Below, piece by piece: positions 37,241-46,606 of a stretch of DNA of 64,000 nt; position 1 is the stretch's first letter, and every line of letters starts with the position of its first letter. Under the pieces are notes generated by a model, which saw only the letters and a list, made by a program, of their open reading frames with translations, was not told the DNA's origin and made no database searches. The stretch comes from an uncultured delta proteobacterium (GTDB lineage Bacteria; Desulfobacterota; RBG-13-43-22): contig CAWBOS010000012.1 in NCBI GenBank assembly GCA_963790475.1, forward strand, positions 608,001 to 672,000, in the 5' to 3' direction. The position numbers and the translations under genes are program-made.

Positions 37241-39931
37241 TCATTCATAAAGCTCCACTTCATGAATCGACCAATAATATACATCATCTTTCCCGGTATT
37301 AACAATTTGAAGATAGCGCATCGAAGTGGATGGAAAAGAAAAATCCAGATCCTGGCCGGATTTTAAAAGGGTTTCCCCGGTCCAATGTAGAGAAATGGGG
37401 CTTATGATAGAGTTCAATGAAGTCCAGGTTTGCCCATCAGCCGAATAACGGATCGAATATCCACGAGGGAAATCGTTGACCGAGGCCCCAGTCAAGACAC
37501 GGATTCGACCGACCTTTTCCATCTTTCCAAAATCGATTTGAAAGTACGCCCCGGGGATTTGCGGCCTACCTGTGGTCCACCGGGTGGACATCTTCCCATC
37601 GGCGGCTAAGTGGGCCTCTCGCGGGTTGTAGTTGGTTTGAAAACGCCAATTAGTTGAGGAAATAGGGCGATACCGGCCGGCAGACGGGGTGAAAAAATAA
37701 ACAACTTGCCCGCCGATTTTCTGTTCTTGATAAGGCTGCTTTAAGTTATTTATTAAAAAATGGTTCAAGGCTGAGTTGTTTTCTTTTTCGACCACAAAGG
37801 CCGGATTGGAAACCGTCTGGAGCAGATCGTCTTTTTGAAGTGGTAAGGCCCTTTTTTGGGCCCGCCAATCCGGGGGAAGCTGAGCCAGGATCCAGGGGGC
37901 GGCATAAATATTAACGGGGTTAAAACTTTTCAAGTAAGCAATCAAAGGCTTCACATCACCGGATTCCGTTTTAATTTTGGGCTGGGCTTGATAGATAAAG
38001 CATTCGGCTACGGACCAATAATAGGTTGGGTCGCTCCCGAGTTGAGTGAGTTTGAAAAAACGTCCAGATTGAGGGGTGAAGGTAATATCTACCCGACCAA
38101 GGCCGGGACGATAAAAAGGGTGGGGCCCCGACCAGAACAGATCGCTCCATAATCCGGCGGCCTCACGGACTGTTTGCCACCTTCGGCCATCCTGAGAGAT
38201 CTCCAGCCGAAGACCGCGCGGACCATCCTCGGGGTCTCCCGACAAGAGAGTGATCCGGCCCAGATCGGGAACTGTTTCACCTAAATCCACTTGGAGAACG
38301 AGCCCGGGCTTTTGAGGCGTATTGGATGACCAACGGGTGGCCAGATCCCTGTCGAAAATATTTCTGGTTCCCCCCAAGGGTGAATCGGCCATAGCCTTCA
38401 AATTCCTAGGCATAAATTCTACAAACTGCCAAGGGGGGGGTGTGAAGGTATGATAAATAGTATATCCGATGAACTGGCTTTTCTGATAGGTGCCCCCGAT
38501 ATTTTTTAAAGTGGCTTCAAATTCTTTATTATCTCCCTGGAAAAGAAAAGCCGCCCTCGGATCTTGATCTATTAAATCAGTATGGGGGGGATAACGATCG
38601 TTGGCCGGGGAGGCAAAAATAATGTCTTCCTGGGAGTCAAAGGTTAATCGTGCCGAGACCCAATAGTCATGGCAATAAATCCGTTTAAGATTTTTTTCGG
38701 TTAGAAATTTAAATAAATCTTGGTCATTTTCCCGGGCCTCTTGAAATTGTTTTGCCTGGGTTCTATGTAAAATGGGAACCCTGGTCAGGGTGCCATAAAT
38801 ATTGGAAAAGAGGGTCAGGCCAATAAAAAGAAAAGACAAAACCGCCGAAACAGAATTCAGCCTTAAGGTAAAAACGGCAAAGAGGATAGGCAGAACGGAA
38901 AATAACGGTTGCAAATAACGACTGGTATGGGCCGAGTCAAAGCCGCTTAGGGCGAAAATGAACGGAAAAAAGAGGAGAAAAAGGAGCAAAAGGTCCAATC
39001 CCGGGTTTTGATTAACCCTGAATTTCAAAAGATTAAACAGGTTTTTCCCCCGGATCAGAAAGAGGGAAAATAAACATCCCCCGAAAACAAGATAGATCAG
39101 GAAAGAGAAAAAGGGAATGGTGTACTGTTGGGTTTCGTTATTAACAACCCCCAGCAGCTCGGGGAGCCGATTTGAAAAAAAATCGAGTAAGGAAGACAGG
39201 AAAGGTTCGCCGCCTCCTGCTCCTTCCCACAGATAACGCCAGGAGATCAACGGATAATATATATTGTGAACCCAAAGGGGGAGACCGCCGAATATCAGAC
39301 CCAATAGAAAAAAAAGGATGGTCCGCCTGAGCCAGAACCATTTATCTTGAATGAATAAAAGAAGAAAAATTGCCGGCAGATAAAAAACGATCAGATAATG
39401 AGTCCATATTCCCAGGCCGCAGAATAATCCCAAGCTGAAAAAATAACTGCTTTTTCTCTCATTACTTGACAGAATCTTGAAACTGAAAATAAAGAGCACA
39501 ACCCCGATGATCGGTATTTCAATATAGGCCGACCGGGCCAGAACTGAATGAAAGATCAGATAATAAGATCCCAGGGCTGAAAACAGGGCCGAAAGGAGAG
39601 CTGTTGATTGGTCAAAAATCAGTTTGGCTAAGAAATAGATGAAGACAATAAAAAAAAAGGATTCGAAAAAGATGGATAAGTCCAGGGTAAAGCGGGAAGC
39701 GCCGAACAAGAAAAAGATAGTGGAAATGAAATAGGTTTGAATACTCCCGCAATAATCCTGACCGTAATAGAGAGGAGGCAAGGCCCCTTTTACGATATGA
39801 CGGGCCATCAAACCGTTCACGGCCTGATCGGAGTCCATTAAGGGGGTCAAGAGTAAAAGGGATCGAATTCCCGCTCCGAGAAGGAGAATAATTAAAAAAA
39901 AATAAAATGATTTAAATTTTTTAAACTTCAT
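37241..39931 (-). CDS. GT-C fold (ArnT/PMT-like) membrane glycosyltransferase with two discoidin (F5/8 type C) domains, paralog A
   Basis: Many TM helices with MDSDQAVNGLMARHI..YGQDYCG; discoidins DRDLATRWSS..VDLG..YWSVAE and DGKMSTRWTT..IDFG..YWSIHE. Confidence 0.82.
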   Translation of the reverse strand: MKFKKFKSFYFFLIILLLGAGIRSLLLLTPLMDSDQAVNGLMARHIVKGALPPLYYGQDYCGSIQTYFISTIFFLFGASRFTLDLSIFFESFFFIVFIYFLAKLIFDQSTALLSALFSALGSYYLIFHSVLARSAYIEIPIIGVVLFIFSFKILSSNERKSSYFFSLGLFCGLGIWTHYLIVFYLPAIFLLLFIQDKWFWLRRTILFFLLGLIFGGLPLWVHNIYYPLISWRYLWEGAGGGEPFLSSLLDFFSNRLPELLGVVNNETQQYTIPFFSFLIYLVFGGCLFSLFLIRGKNLFNLLKFRVNQNPGLDLLLLFLLFFPFIFALSGFDSAHTSRYLQPLFSVLPILFAVFTLRLNSVSAVLSFLFIGLTLFSNIYGTLTRVPILHRTQAKQFQEARENDQDLFKFLTEKNLKRIYCHDYWVSARLTFDSQEDIIFASPANDRYPPHTDLIDQDPRAAFLFQGDNKEFEATLKNIGGTYQKSQFIGYTIYHTFTPPPWQFVEFMPRNLKAMADSPLGGTRNIFDRDLATRWSSNTPQKPGLVLQVDLGETVPDLGRITLLSGDPEDGPRGLRLEISQDGRRWQTVREAAGLWSDLFWSGPHPFYRPGLGRVDITFTPQSGRFFKLTQLGSDPTYYWSVAECFIYQAQPKIKTESGDVKPLIAYLKSFNPVNIYAAPWILAQLPPDWRAQKRALPLQKDDLLQTVSNPAFVVEKENNSALNHFLINNLKQPYQEQKIGGQVVYFFTPSAGRYRPISSTNWRFQTNYNPREAHLAADGKMSTRWTTGRPQIPGAYFQIDFGKMEKVGRIRVLTGASVNDFPRGYSIRYSADGQTWTSLNSIISPISLHWTGETLLKSGQDLDFSFPSTSMRYLQIVNTGKDDVYYWSIHEVELYE

Positions 39932-40331
39932 TCCAGATTAAACCCCTTAAGATATTTACTGAAGACCTTCCAACGCCAGGCGTATGATCCACCCCTCGGT
40001 CGGGAAAAAACTTCATAAAGATAGTAAAAGCAATCCATAGAGCCAAAAGAATCCATAACTGTTCCCGTTCTGCTAAAGTATTCCAGATCGGCCAACCGAT
40101 CAAAGAGGTCATCAAGAGGGCCCATCCCGGGGATCGAGCCGGTTGTTCGTTGGGCAATATTCTAATCCAGAATAATCCTTTGCCAAGGCCTATGGTCAAA
40201 AGAAATCCAAGCAATAACCCACCCAACCCGTCTCCTATAATACGCCTAGGCCTCCGAATATCCCAAGAAGCAGCCGTGCTTAAAATATTCCCCAAAAGTT
40301 TTTTTCGATTTGTTTTGCTCTGCATCACCAA
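39921..40331 (-). CDS. Small hypothetical membrane protein (about 3 TM), overlapping the start of paralog A
   Basis: Hydrophobic segments and operonic position; no family recognised. Confidence 0.5.
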   Translation of the reverse strand: MVMQSKTNRKKLLGNILSTAASWDIRRPRRIIGDGLGGLLLGFLLTIGLGKGLFWIRILPNEQPARSPGWALLMTSLIGWPIWNTLAEREQLWILLALWIAFTIFMKFFPDRGVDHTPGVGRSSVNILRGLIWNEV

Positions 40332-40437
40332 AATCCCTATGGAGGCTTAGGGTAACCGGATTCCTGCATTGGCCGTGTCTTGACTATGGAGACGTTTAGA
40401 AACGCATCCTCGATTGCATCAGAGGTAGGGGACAATA

Positions 40438-42024
40438 TTATTTCTTCTCTAAACCAAAGTTGAAAATAGTCGCCTTGGTTTCCACTACGGTTAACTCTGA
40501 GTTGGCCCTTAGATATCCTGGTAAATCAGCTCTTATTGTATACTGTCCTGGGGGCACATTCAAGCGGGATAGATTATAATAACCCTGGCTGTCGGTCTGG
40601 ACATCGGCCAGCAATTTATTGCCTTTATAGATTCTTACAGTGACCTCAGCTAGAGGTTTTTTTCTATGGGTATCCATTACCCTTCCCCCGGCGGCTGAAA
40701 AGGTATCCCGGAGGATGGAAAGATACCGCTCTCCATATCCCTGGTAGATATATCCCTGGGTATATTGGGTCTTGGTGGGACTGTAATCTTGGCTGGTCAG
40801 ACCAGTTCCTTGGGTGGGCTCAATCTGAGTTCCCTCATTCCACTCATTAAATGAGGTAATCAAAGCTAACGGATTTTCAGGATTCATAAAAGGTAAAACC
40901 GTTTGTTTGAGGGCTTGATTAAAAAAAGACCCCTCCGCTCCACCGGGTTGGAACTGGCGGGGAATCACCGGATGATTTTCCGAAAGACGGACCCCTCGGT
41001 CGTTATAACCGGGGATGATGGAAGGAATCAGCATGATTTTTTTACCGATGGCCGATTGGTATTCCCGGTAAAGCCCCTGAACTTCAGAAAGAAAGGTGCT
41101 CTGTTTCCCGTAACCCATTTGTTTAGTCTTCGCCCAATCATACATATTGTAGGCGGTAATTCCATCGAACAAATTGATCCGGTTTATTTCAGGGTGGGTG
41201 GAAGGTGGGAGAGGATTCGAGCGCATGACATACCAGAAGATTTCATCTCCGATAAGGAAAGGATTGAAACCCATCTCCTGGAGGCCTTTCCTGAGACCAT
41301 TGATGGCTCCTGGGTAATCCCCGATAAAGGTCCGGGTTAAATAAATGATGGCCACCGGACGTCCTTTGATTTTCAGATAAGAGGGATGGGAAAAATAATT
41401 TTCGGCTAAAAATTTGAAATCGGAGAGCAATTTTTTTGCCTTTTCAGGAGTAAAATCAATCCGATCATCCTTCAATCCAAGGCCGGAGGTTTCATAAAAG
41501 ATACAAAATTTTATATCATTGATATTCTTTGCCTTAATGATTTTTTCTCGAATTATCTTGTCCAGTTCGGGATGGTCCGGCCACCAACTGACAGCCCAGA
41601 AATCAATCCCGTATTGAGAGGACCAGGCGATATGCTGTTCAATAGTTTTAAGATCCGAGGAATCATACTGTCCCAAAGTCGGTAATTGTTGGGGAAGCAG
41701 ACGGCCGTTGATAAATCCCTCCCGCCAGTTTCCCGGATACCAGAGATAATAATAGGTCCCGATGAGGTATTTATTGGCCCATTTGGGTTCCGAAGTGCCG
41801 GAGTTTTGGGAGGAGGAACAACCAATCGTAGTGAAGGACAATAAAAGGATAACGGAAATAAAATAAAACTTTTTCCAATAATTCCAAAGCCTGCTATTCC
41901 AGGGAAAGCCGAAACTCAAAAGGGATCGGGTATCTTGGATTCTGGGTCGCGCCTCGCTTGCCAGGAAGGATGCCCCCTGGGTGAATAAAGAGAGTTGGAG
42001 GATTCTTGAATAATAGATAATCAT
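40438..42024 (-). CDS. GH99-like glycoside hydrolase lipoprotein with C-terminal carboxypeptidase-regulatory-like beta-sandwich
   Basis: TYYYLWY, PTLGQYDS, GIDFWAVSWW, PGYNDRGVR and ITSFNEWNEGTQIEP (GH99 ExxE); lipobox-like TIG-C; tail TDSQGYY..PGQYTI. The real start is probably downstream. Confidence 0.82.
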   Translation of the reverse strand: MIIYYSRILQLSLFTQGASFLASEARPRIQDTRSLLSFGFPWNSRLWNYWKKFYFISVILLLSFTTIGCSSSQNSGTSEPKWANKYLIGTYYYLWYPGNWREGFINGRLLPQQLPTLGQYDSSDLKTIEQHIAWSSQYGIDFWAVSWWPDHPELDKIIREKIIKAKNINDIKFCIFYETSGLGLKDDRIDFTPEKAKKLLSDFKFLAENYFSHPSYLKIKGRPVAIIYLTRTFIGDYPGAINGLRKGLQEMGFNPFLIGDEIFWYVMRSNPLPPSTHPEINRINLFDGITAYNMYDWAKTKQMGYGKQSTFLSEVQGLYREYQSAIGKKIMLIPSIIPGYNDRGVRLSENHPVIPRQFQPGGAEGSFFNQALKQTVLPFMNPENPLALITSFNEWNEGTQIEPTQGTGLTSQDYSPTKTQYTQGYIYQGYGERYLSILRDTFSAAGGRVMDTHRKKPLAEVTVRIYKGNKLLADVQTDSQGYYNLSRLNVPPGQYTIRADLPGYLRANSELTVVETKATIFNFGLEKK

Positions 42025-42038
42025 AATGGGAAAAATGG

Positions 42039-43184
42039 CTATAGAAGTTCTAAAGATAGCAATGAAAGCAAAAAGATCATGGGGATTAGGAACATAAGAA
42101 ACAGATTAAGCTTTGTTCTTTCTTTTGTAAAGACCAAAAGATTGAAAACCAATAACCCTAATGTGGCTCTGGCATAAGACCAGGGTTCGACCCAGATCAA
42201 ATGATTCAAAAAGGCGGTCATCAGGGCATATCCCAGGAAGGACAGGGTAAGGGGGCTGTAATATTTAAAGATATCATACAGGGCGGTGATTATAAGGACG
42301 GAGATCAATAATAAATACAAGAGTTCGGAAATTTTTTCATAAGAAAGACTGCCATGGGCCAAAGAAAGAAATTTTTCCATGATGCCCTGGAAGGGGAGAC
42401 CGAAATTTTGGGTTCCTCCAAGAAAGGAAAAAGTCTGAAAATGGGCATAGAGGTAGAGTTGCCAAAAGAAAAAAGTCAAAAGAGGGAAGAGCATATAAAG
42501 GGATTTTCGAAAGTCCTTTTTCCCGAAAAAGTAAAATAGAAAAGCCATGCTAACCAGTAGGGTGGTCTCCTGGGTGAGGCCGGCCAAGGAAAGGGAAATG
42601 ATTTGCTGGAACGGTTTTCCTTTAATATAAAAAAAGACGGCGATGACCGTAAAAGTCATGGCCAAGGGTTCCGGTAGGCTGCGTAAAAGGCAAAGCAAAA
42701 ATCCCCAGGAGGCAGGATAAAAGAGGCCATACCAGGGGCTAAGCCCAAAATGTTTGAGAATCAAAATAAAAAACCAAGTCCCCAATAAGATTCCCAGGAG
42801 ATTCACCGCCACCATCATCCAGGGAATCAAGGGCGGTTGGCCAAAGGACAGCAGCCAAGTCGCCAGCGGGTAAATAATGCGTTGATAACGATAGGCCGGA
42901 AAATCGATATGATCGTAATTTTGACCCAATATGAAGGGATCATGAGCAATATAGTAATAGAATTGTCCGTCGTAGCCGACACTTCCCTTATGAATGAGGG
43001 TTTCCGCCGTCCAAATTTGAGGGGCCTTGAAATAATCTCCTATGACCATAAATCCGGTAATATTCTTGTTAACCTTAAACGAAAAGAGAAAGAGAATCCA
43101 CAAAAAGACAGCAGCAATTAATAATAAAATTACTAGATCCTTTTTAATTTGAGCTTTTAGAAGTCTATTGATATATTTCATCAT
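42039..43184 (-). CDS. Multi-TM GT-C-like protein, AZOBR_p60025-type cell-surface glycopolymer formation family
   Basis: GYDGQFYYYIAHDP, YRYQRIIYP, LPEPLA and LTQETTL motifs in a polytopic membrane protein. Confidence 0.75.
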   Translation of the reverse strand: MMKYINRLLKAQIKKDLVILLLIAAVFLWILFLFSFKVNKNITGFMVIGDYFKAPQIWTAETLIHKGSVGYDGQFYYYIAHDPFILGQNYDHIDFPAYRYQRIIYPLATWLLSFGQPPLIPWMMVAVNLLGILLGTWFFILILKHFGLSPWYGLFYPASWGFLLCLLRSLPEPLAMTFTVIAVFFYIKGKPFQQIISLSLAGLTQETTLLVSMAFLFYFFGKKDFRKSLYMLFPLLTFFFWQLYLYAHFQTFSFLGGTQNFGLPFQGIMEKFLSLAHGSLSYEKISELLYLLLISVLIITALYDIFKYYSPLTLSFLGYALMTAFLNHLIWVEPWSYARATLGLLVFNLLVFTKERTKLNLFLMFLIPMIFLLSLLSLELL

Positions 43185-43230
43185 ATATTCAGTTGTTCTC
43201 CCAACAAAGCAAAAACAATGGTGATGAAGA

Positions 43231-45194
43231 ATGGGTCAAAAAATCTGGTATAGACATATAATAGTTATAGCCCTATTTACGGTCATTACTCTTTTAATGA
43301 CCTATCCAGCCGTTTTTCAATGGACACATTCTATAATAGGAGACCATGCGGATTCGGTTTTTAATGCTTGGATATTGGCCTGGGATGTCCATAAAATCAC
43401 TTCGGGAGAATTTTTATCCCTTTTAATGCCAATATTTTTTATCCTCATCCCAATACCTTGGCTTATTCCGAACATATGTTGGGCAATTCCTTGTGGGCCT
43501 TACCCATCATGGCGATATCTAAAAACCCGGTACTAACCTATAATATTTTTTCCTTGTTGGCTTAATTCTATCTGCCTTTGGAATGTATCTCTTGGTCTTT
43601 GACCTGACAGAGAATCTTTATGCGGCTATTGCCTCGGGCATGATTTTCGGCTTTTTCCCCTGGCGATTTGCCCATGCTGCTCACATCCAATTGCAAATGG
43701 CCCAAGGGATCCCTTTAACCTTTCTTTATCTACACCGATTTTTTAGAAATAGGTCCTATAAAAATGCCCTCCTTTTTACCCTATTCTTCATTATGCAATT
43801 TATGTCCTGCGGCTACTATGGGATATATCTGGTTCTTTTTGTCTGTCTGCTGATATCCTTAACTTTGTTTCAAAGGATATCCCTCTTAAGCCCTTGGTCC
43901 TTCCCTTGGGATTATTTGCGACCATTTCCGCTCTCTGTATTTTTCCTATCTATTATCCTTACGTTAAAGTCAAGCAAGAAATGGGGTTTACCCGTCACCT
44001 GGATGAAGTAATTCATTATTCTCCCGATCTCTTAAGTTACCTGAACACCACGGTTATTAATGGAGTTTGGTGGAAACCAACACAAATTTTTTGGAGACCG
44101 GAAGGGGAGCTGTTTCTTGCCTTAACAACCATCTTCCTCGGAATAAAAGGGATTCTTGCTGTGGTAAGAAGGAAAGATCGATTAGCCCAAAATAATTTTC
44201 AAATCAGGCGAAATGGCAGGTTTCTTAGATTTTCGAATAATGTTATAGGTTTCTTATTTATTCTTTATGTGATGGTTGTCCTGTATGTTTTTATAACCGG
44301 AGGATTTTCCACAACGATCTTCGGATTGAAGATCAGTGCAACAGACCTTGAGCGCCCTCTTTTGATCATGATCATTTTGGGGGGATTTAAGATCTTGTTC
44401 GAAGGGGCTATCAAAGGGCGATTTCGGACTTTTGGGCTTTCCTTTACTTCATCAATTCCCAGATTCTATTTTTGGGTACTCTTATTATCCTTTTTATTTT
44501 CTCTCGGGCCGATCATACACTCTCATGGTCAAGAAATTTTCCAGTACGGTCCTTATGGCTTTTTACACCACTATTTCCCCGGGTTTGATGGATTAAGGGC
44601 ACCATCGAGGTTTATTATCATGGTGGCCTTCAGCTTAAGTGTTTTTGCGGGCTTCGGCTTAAATACAATGTTGGCAAAATTTAAGAGGGCTAAGACAAAA
44701 ACCTTGATTACAGTCATCGCCTCCTTATTGATATTGTTCGAATACGCATCAGTTCCCATCAAGATGGCCTCTATTCCCACTGGGAAAAATATATCTCTGG
44801 TTTATCAATGGCTTTCCAAACAAAAGGGTGATTTCCCCTATCTTGGAGCTTCCTCTGCCCAATATACCCCAGGAAGTCTGAAGAGAAACTATGCGGGTTT
44901 AATTATTTCACCTATCATTGGAAAAAACTGGTCAACGGCTATAGCGGATATTTTCCTCCGGATTATGATTTTCTCTATCAAAAGGGGTTAAAAGGGTTCC
45001 CATCAAAAGATTCTATTGACCTGTTACAGAAACGGGGAATAAAATATCTTAATATCCATTTTGATGAATATGAGAACCAAGACCAGGAAAGGATAAAAGG
45101 TTCATTAAAAAATTACCAAGGACCGATTCGACCGGCGATCCATTTTGAAAACGATTTTGTTTATGAATTCGCCGGATTTAAAGCTTCTTTGTAA
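43231..45194 (+). pseudogene. YfhO-like / GT-C-like membrane protein, multiply disrupted
   Basis: Joined frames give DSVFNAWILAW..NANIFYPHPNTLAYSEH..HIQLQ..PGFDGLRAPSRF..ILELP..HWKKLVNGYSGYFPP; at least four frameshifts plus an in-frame TGA near 44878. Confidence 0.8.
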
Positions 45195-45426
45195 GGAGGT
45201 ATGAAAAAGTCCCTTTACCTGGACAGTAAGGGTTTTTTCGCCGCCATGCTGGTTTATTATTCATATTCTTCTGTCTGTAGTCCTTCAGTCCCTATCCAGA
45301 TACGAGTGCATCTACTGTTTTGGGTGGTTCTTTTGGGGCTGGTTACCTCGGAAGGGGCTACCGGTTTATCTATAACGGGATAACGGTGTTTGGTTGTTAC
45401 GAAGGAATGTCGGGTTTAAATACCTC

Positions 45427-46599
45427 TCAAACCCAATAATGCCGTTTCTTGAATTTTCTGATTAAGTATTCAAGGTATTTAAAGGCCAGTCTCTCTATGC
45501 GGGACATCAAGGGTCGAACTAAAAGGCCGATTTTTTTTTGCTCCAGAGATTTCCAGGTCCATCGGCCAATTTGTTTTTTTATATCCAAGGCCATAAAGAA
45601 TTCGGCATGGTTAATTGTTGATTTGAGTTCATTGTGATCTATAAAAAGCCTCTCTTGATCGTTTTTGAATCGCCCTATGAGCTCCTGTTGCCCCACAAAT
45701 ATTTTCCATTTTTTGAACAAAGTCAGACTGTTTTTTAAAAGACGGTTTGCTCGACGCTGGGCCTCCGGTGAATCCAGATAAAAGAGATAAAAACTTTTTC
45801 TGGCATAGAAGAGGTGTTCGTCGAAATACTGGTGAACATTTCTTTCCAAGGCTTCAGCCCTGACCAGCCCATGACTTTCAAATTGTTTCTGCCACCATTC
45901 CGTAGGGGCCCAAATCAGATGCCCGTTAGCCGGAATGGCCGGGTCGATGGACTCGGCGTTCAGGTAATCAAAGGGTAACCTTTGGTTGAATTTTTCCCGA
46001 TTCTCTTCCAATTCCAGAGGGAAAATTTCTCCAAAAACCCTATCTTCCCCAACAGCAGGAATATTAAAAAACAACAAGGCGTCTTTTTTGGCCAGGGCAA
46101 CCACAGAATCAATATAGTCATGGAGTTTTTTGGGATGGATATGTTCCCACAGGTCAAAGGCACAAAAGGTATCAAAGGTGATCTTTTGGGAATAAAATTC
46201 TTTACAGACATCCAGGATATCACCATTATCCACCTTGCCGATCAAAAGAGGCCATAGATTTTTCAATACATCTCGGCTAAACTCGATCCCTTGTACCTTG
46301 ATCTCACTGTCAAGTCCTAATAAAAATAACACATCCCCTCGGCCGCAGCCCAATTCCAATAAGGATTTTGGACTCAGGAATTTAAGAATCGAGGCCAGAA
46401 AGAAGGAATCGAATTTCACCTCTCCTTCCTTATAGTCGATATGGCTGTCAAAATAGGAGGTATCGTAATAACCGGTGTTGATAATGTTATTTAATAGGGT
46501 ATCAAAATCTTTTTCATTTTCAATTTGGATCAGATCAACCGGACGTCCGTCATTGAATAATTTGCCATCGGTTAACAGATTGGATTTCAAGATGCGCAT
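45427..46599 (-). CDS. Class I SAM-dependent methyltransferase
   Basis: LLELGCGRG, GIEFS, FDLWEHI and GHLIW..EWW motifs; starts 7 bp after the paralog B stop. Confidence 0.85.
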   Translation of the reverse strand: MRILKSNLLTDGKLFNDGRPVDLIQIENEKDFDTLLNNIINTGYYDTSYFDSHIDYKEGEVKFDSFFLASILKFLSPKSLLELGCGRGDVLFLLGLDSEIKVQGIEFSRDVLKNLWPLLIGKVDNGDILDVCKEFYSQKITFDTFCAFDLWEHIHPKKLHDYIDSVVALAKKDALLFFNIPAVGEDRVFGEIFPLELEENREKFNQRLPFDYLNAESIDPAIPANGHLIWAPTEWWQKQFESHGLVRAEALERNVHQYFDEHLFYARKSFYLFYLDSPEAQRRANRLLKNSLTLFKKWKIFVGQQELIGRFKNDQERLFIDHNELKSTINHAEFFMALDIKKQIGRWTWKSLEQKKIGLLVRPLMSRIERLAFKYLEYLIRKFKKRHYWV

Positions 46600-46606
46600 G
46601 GGTGGC

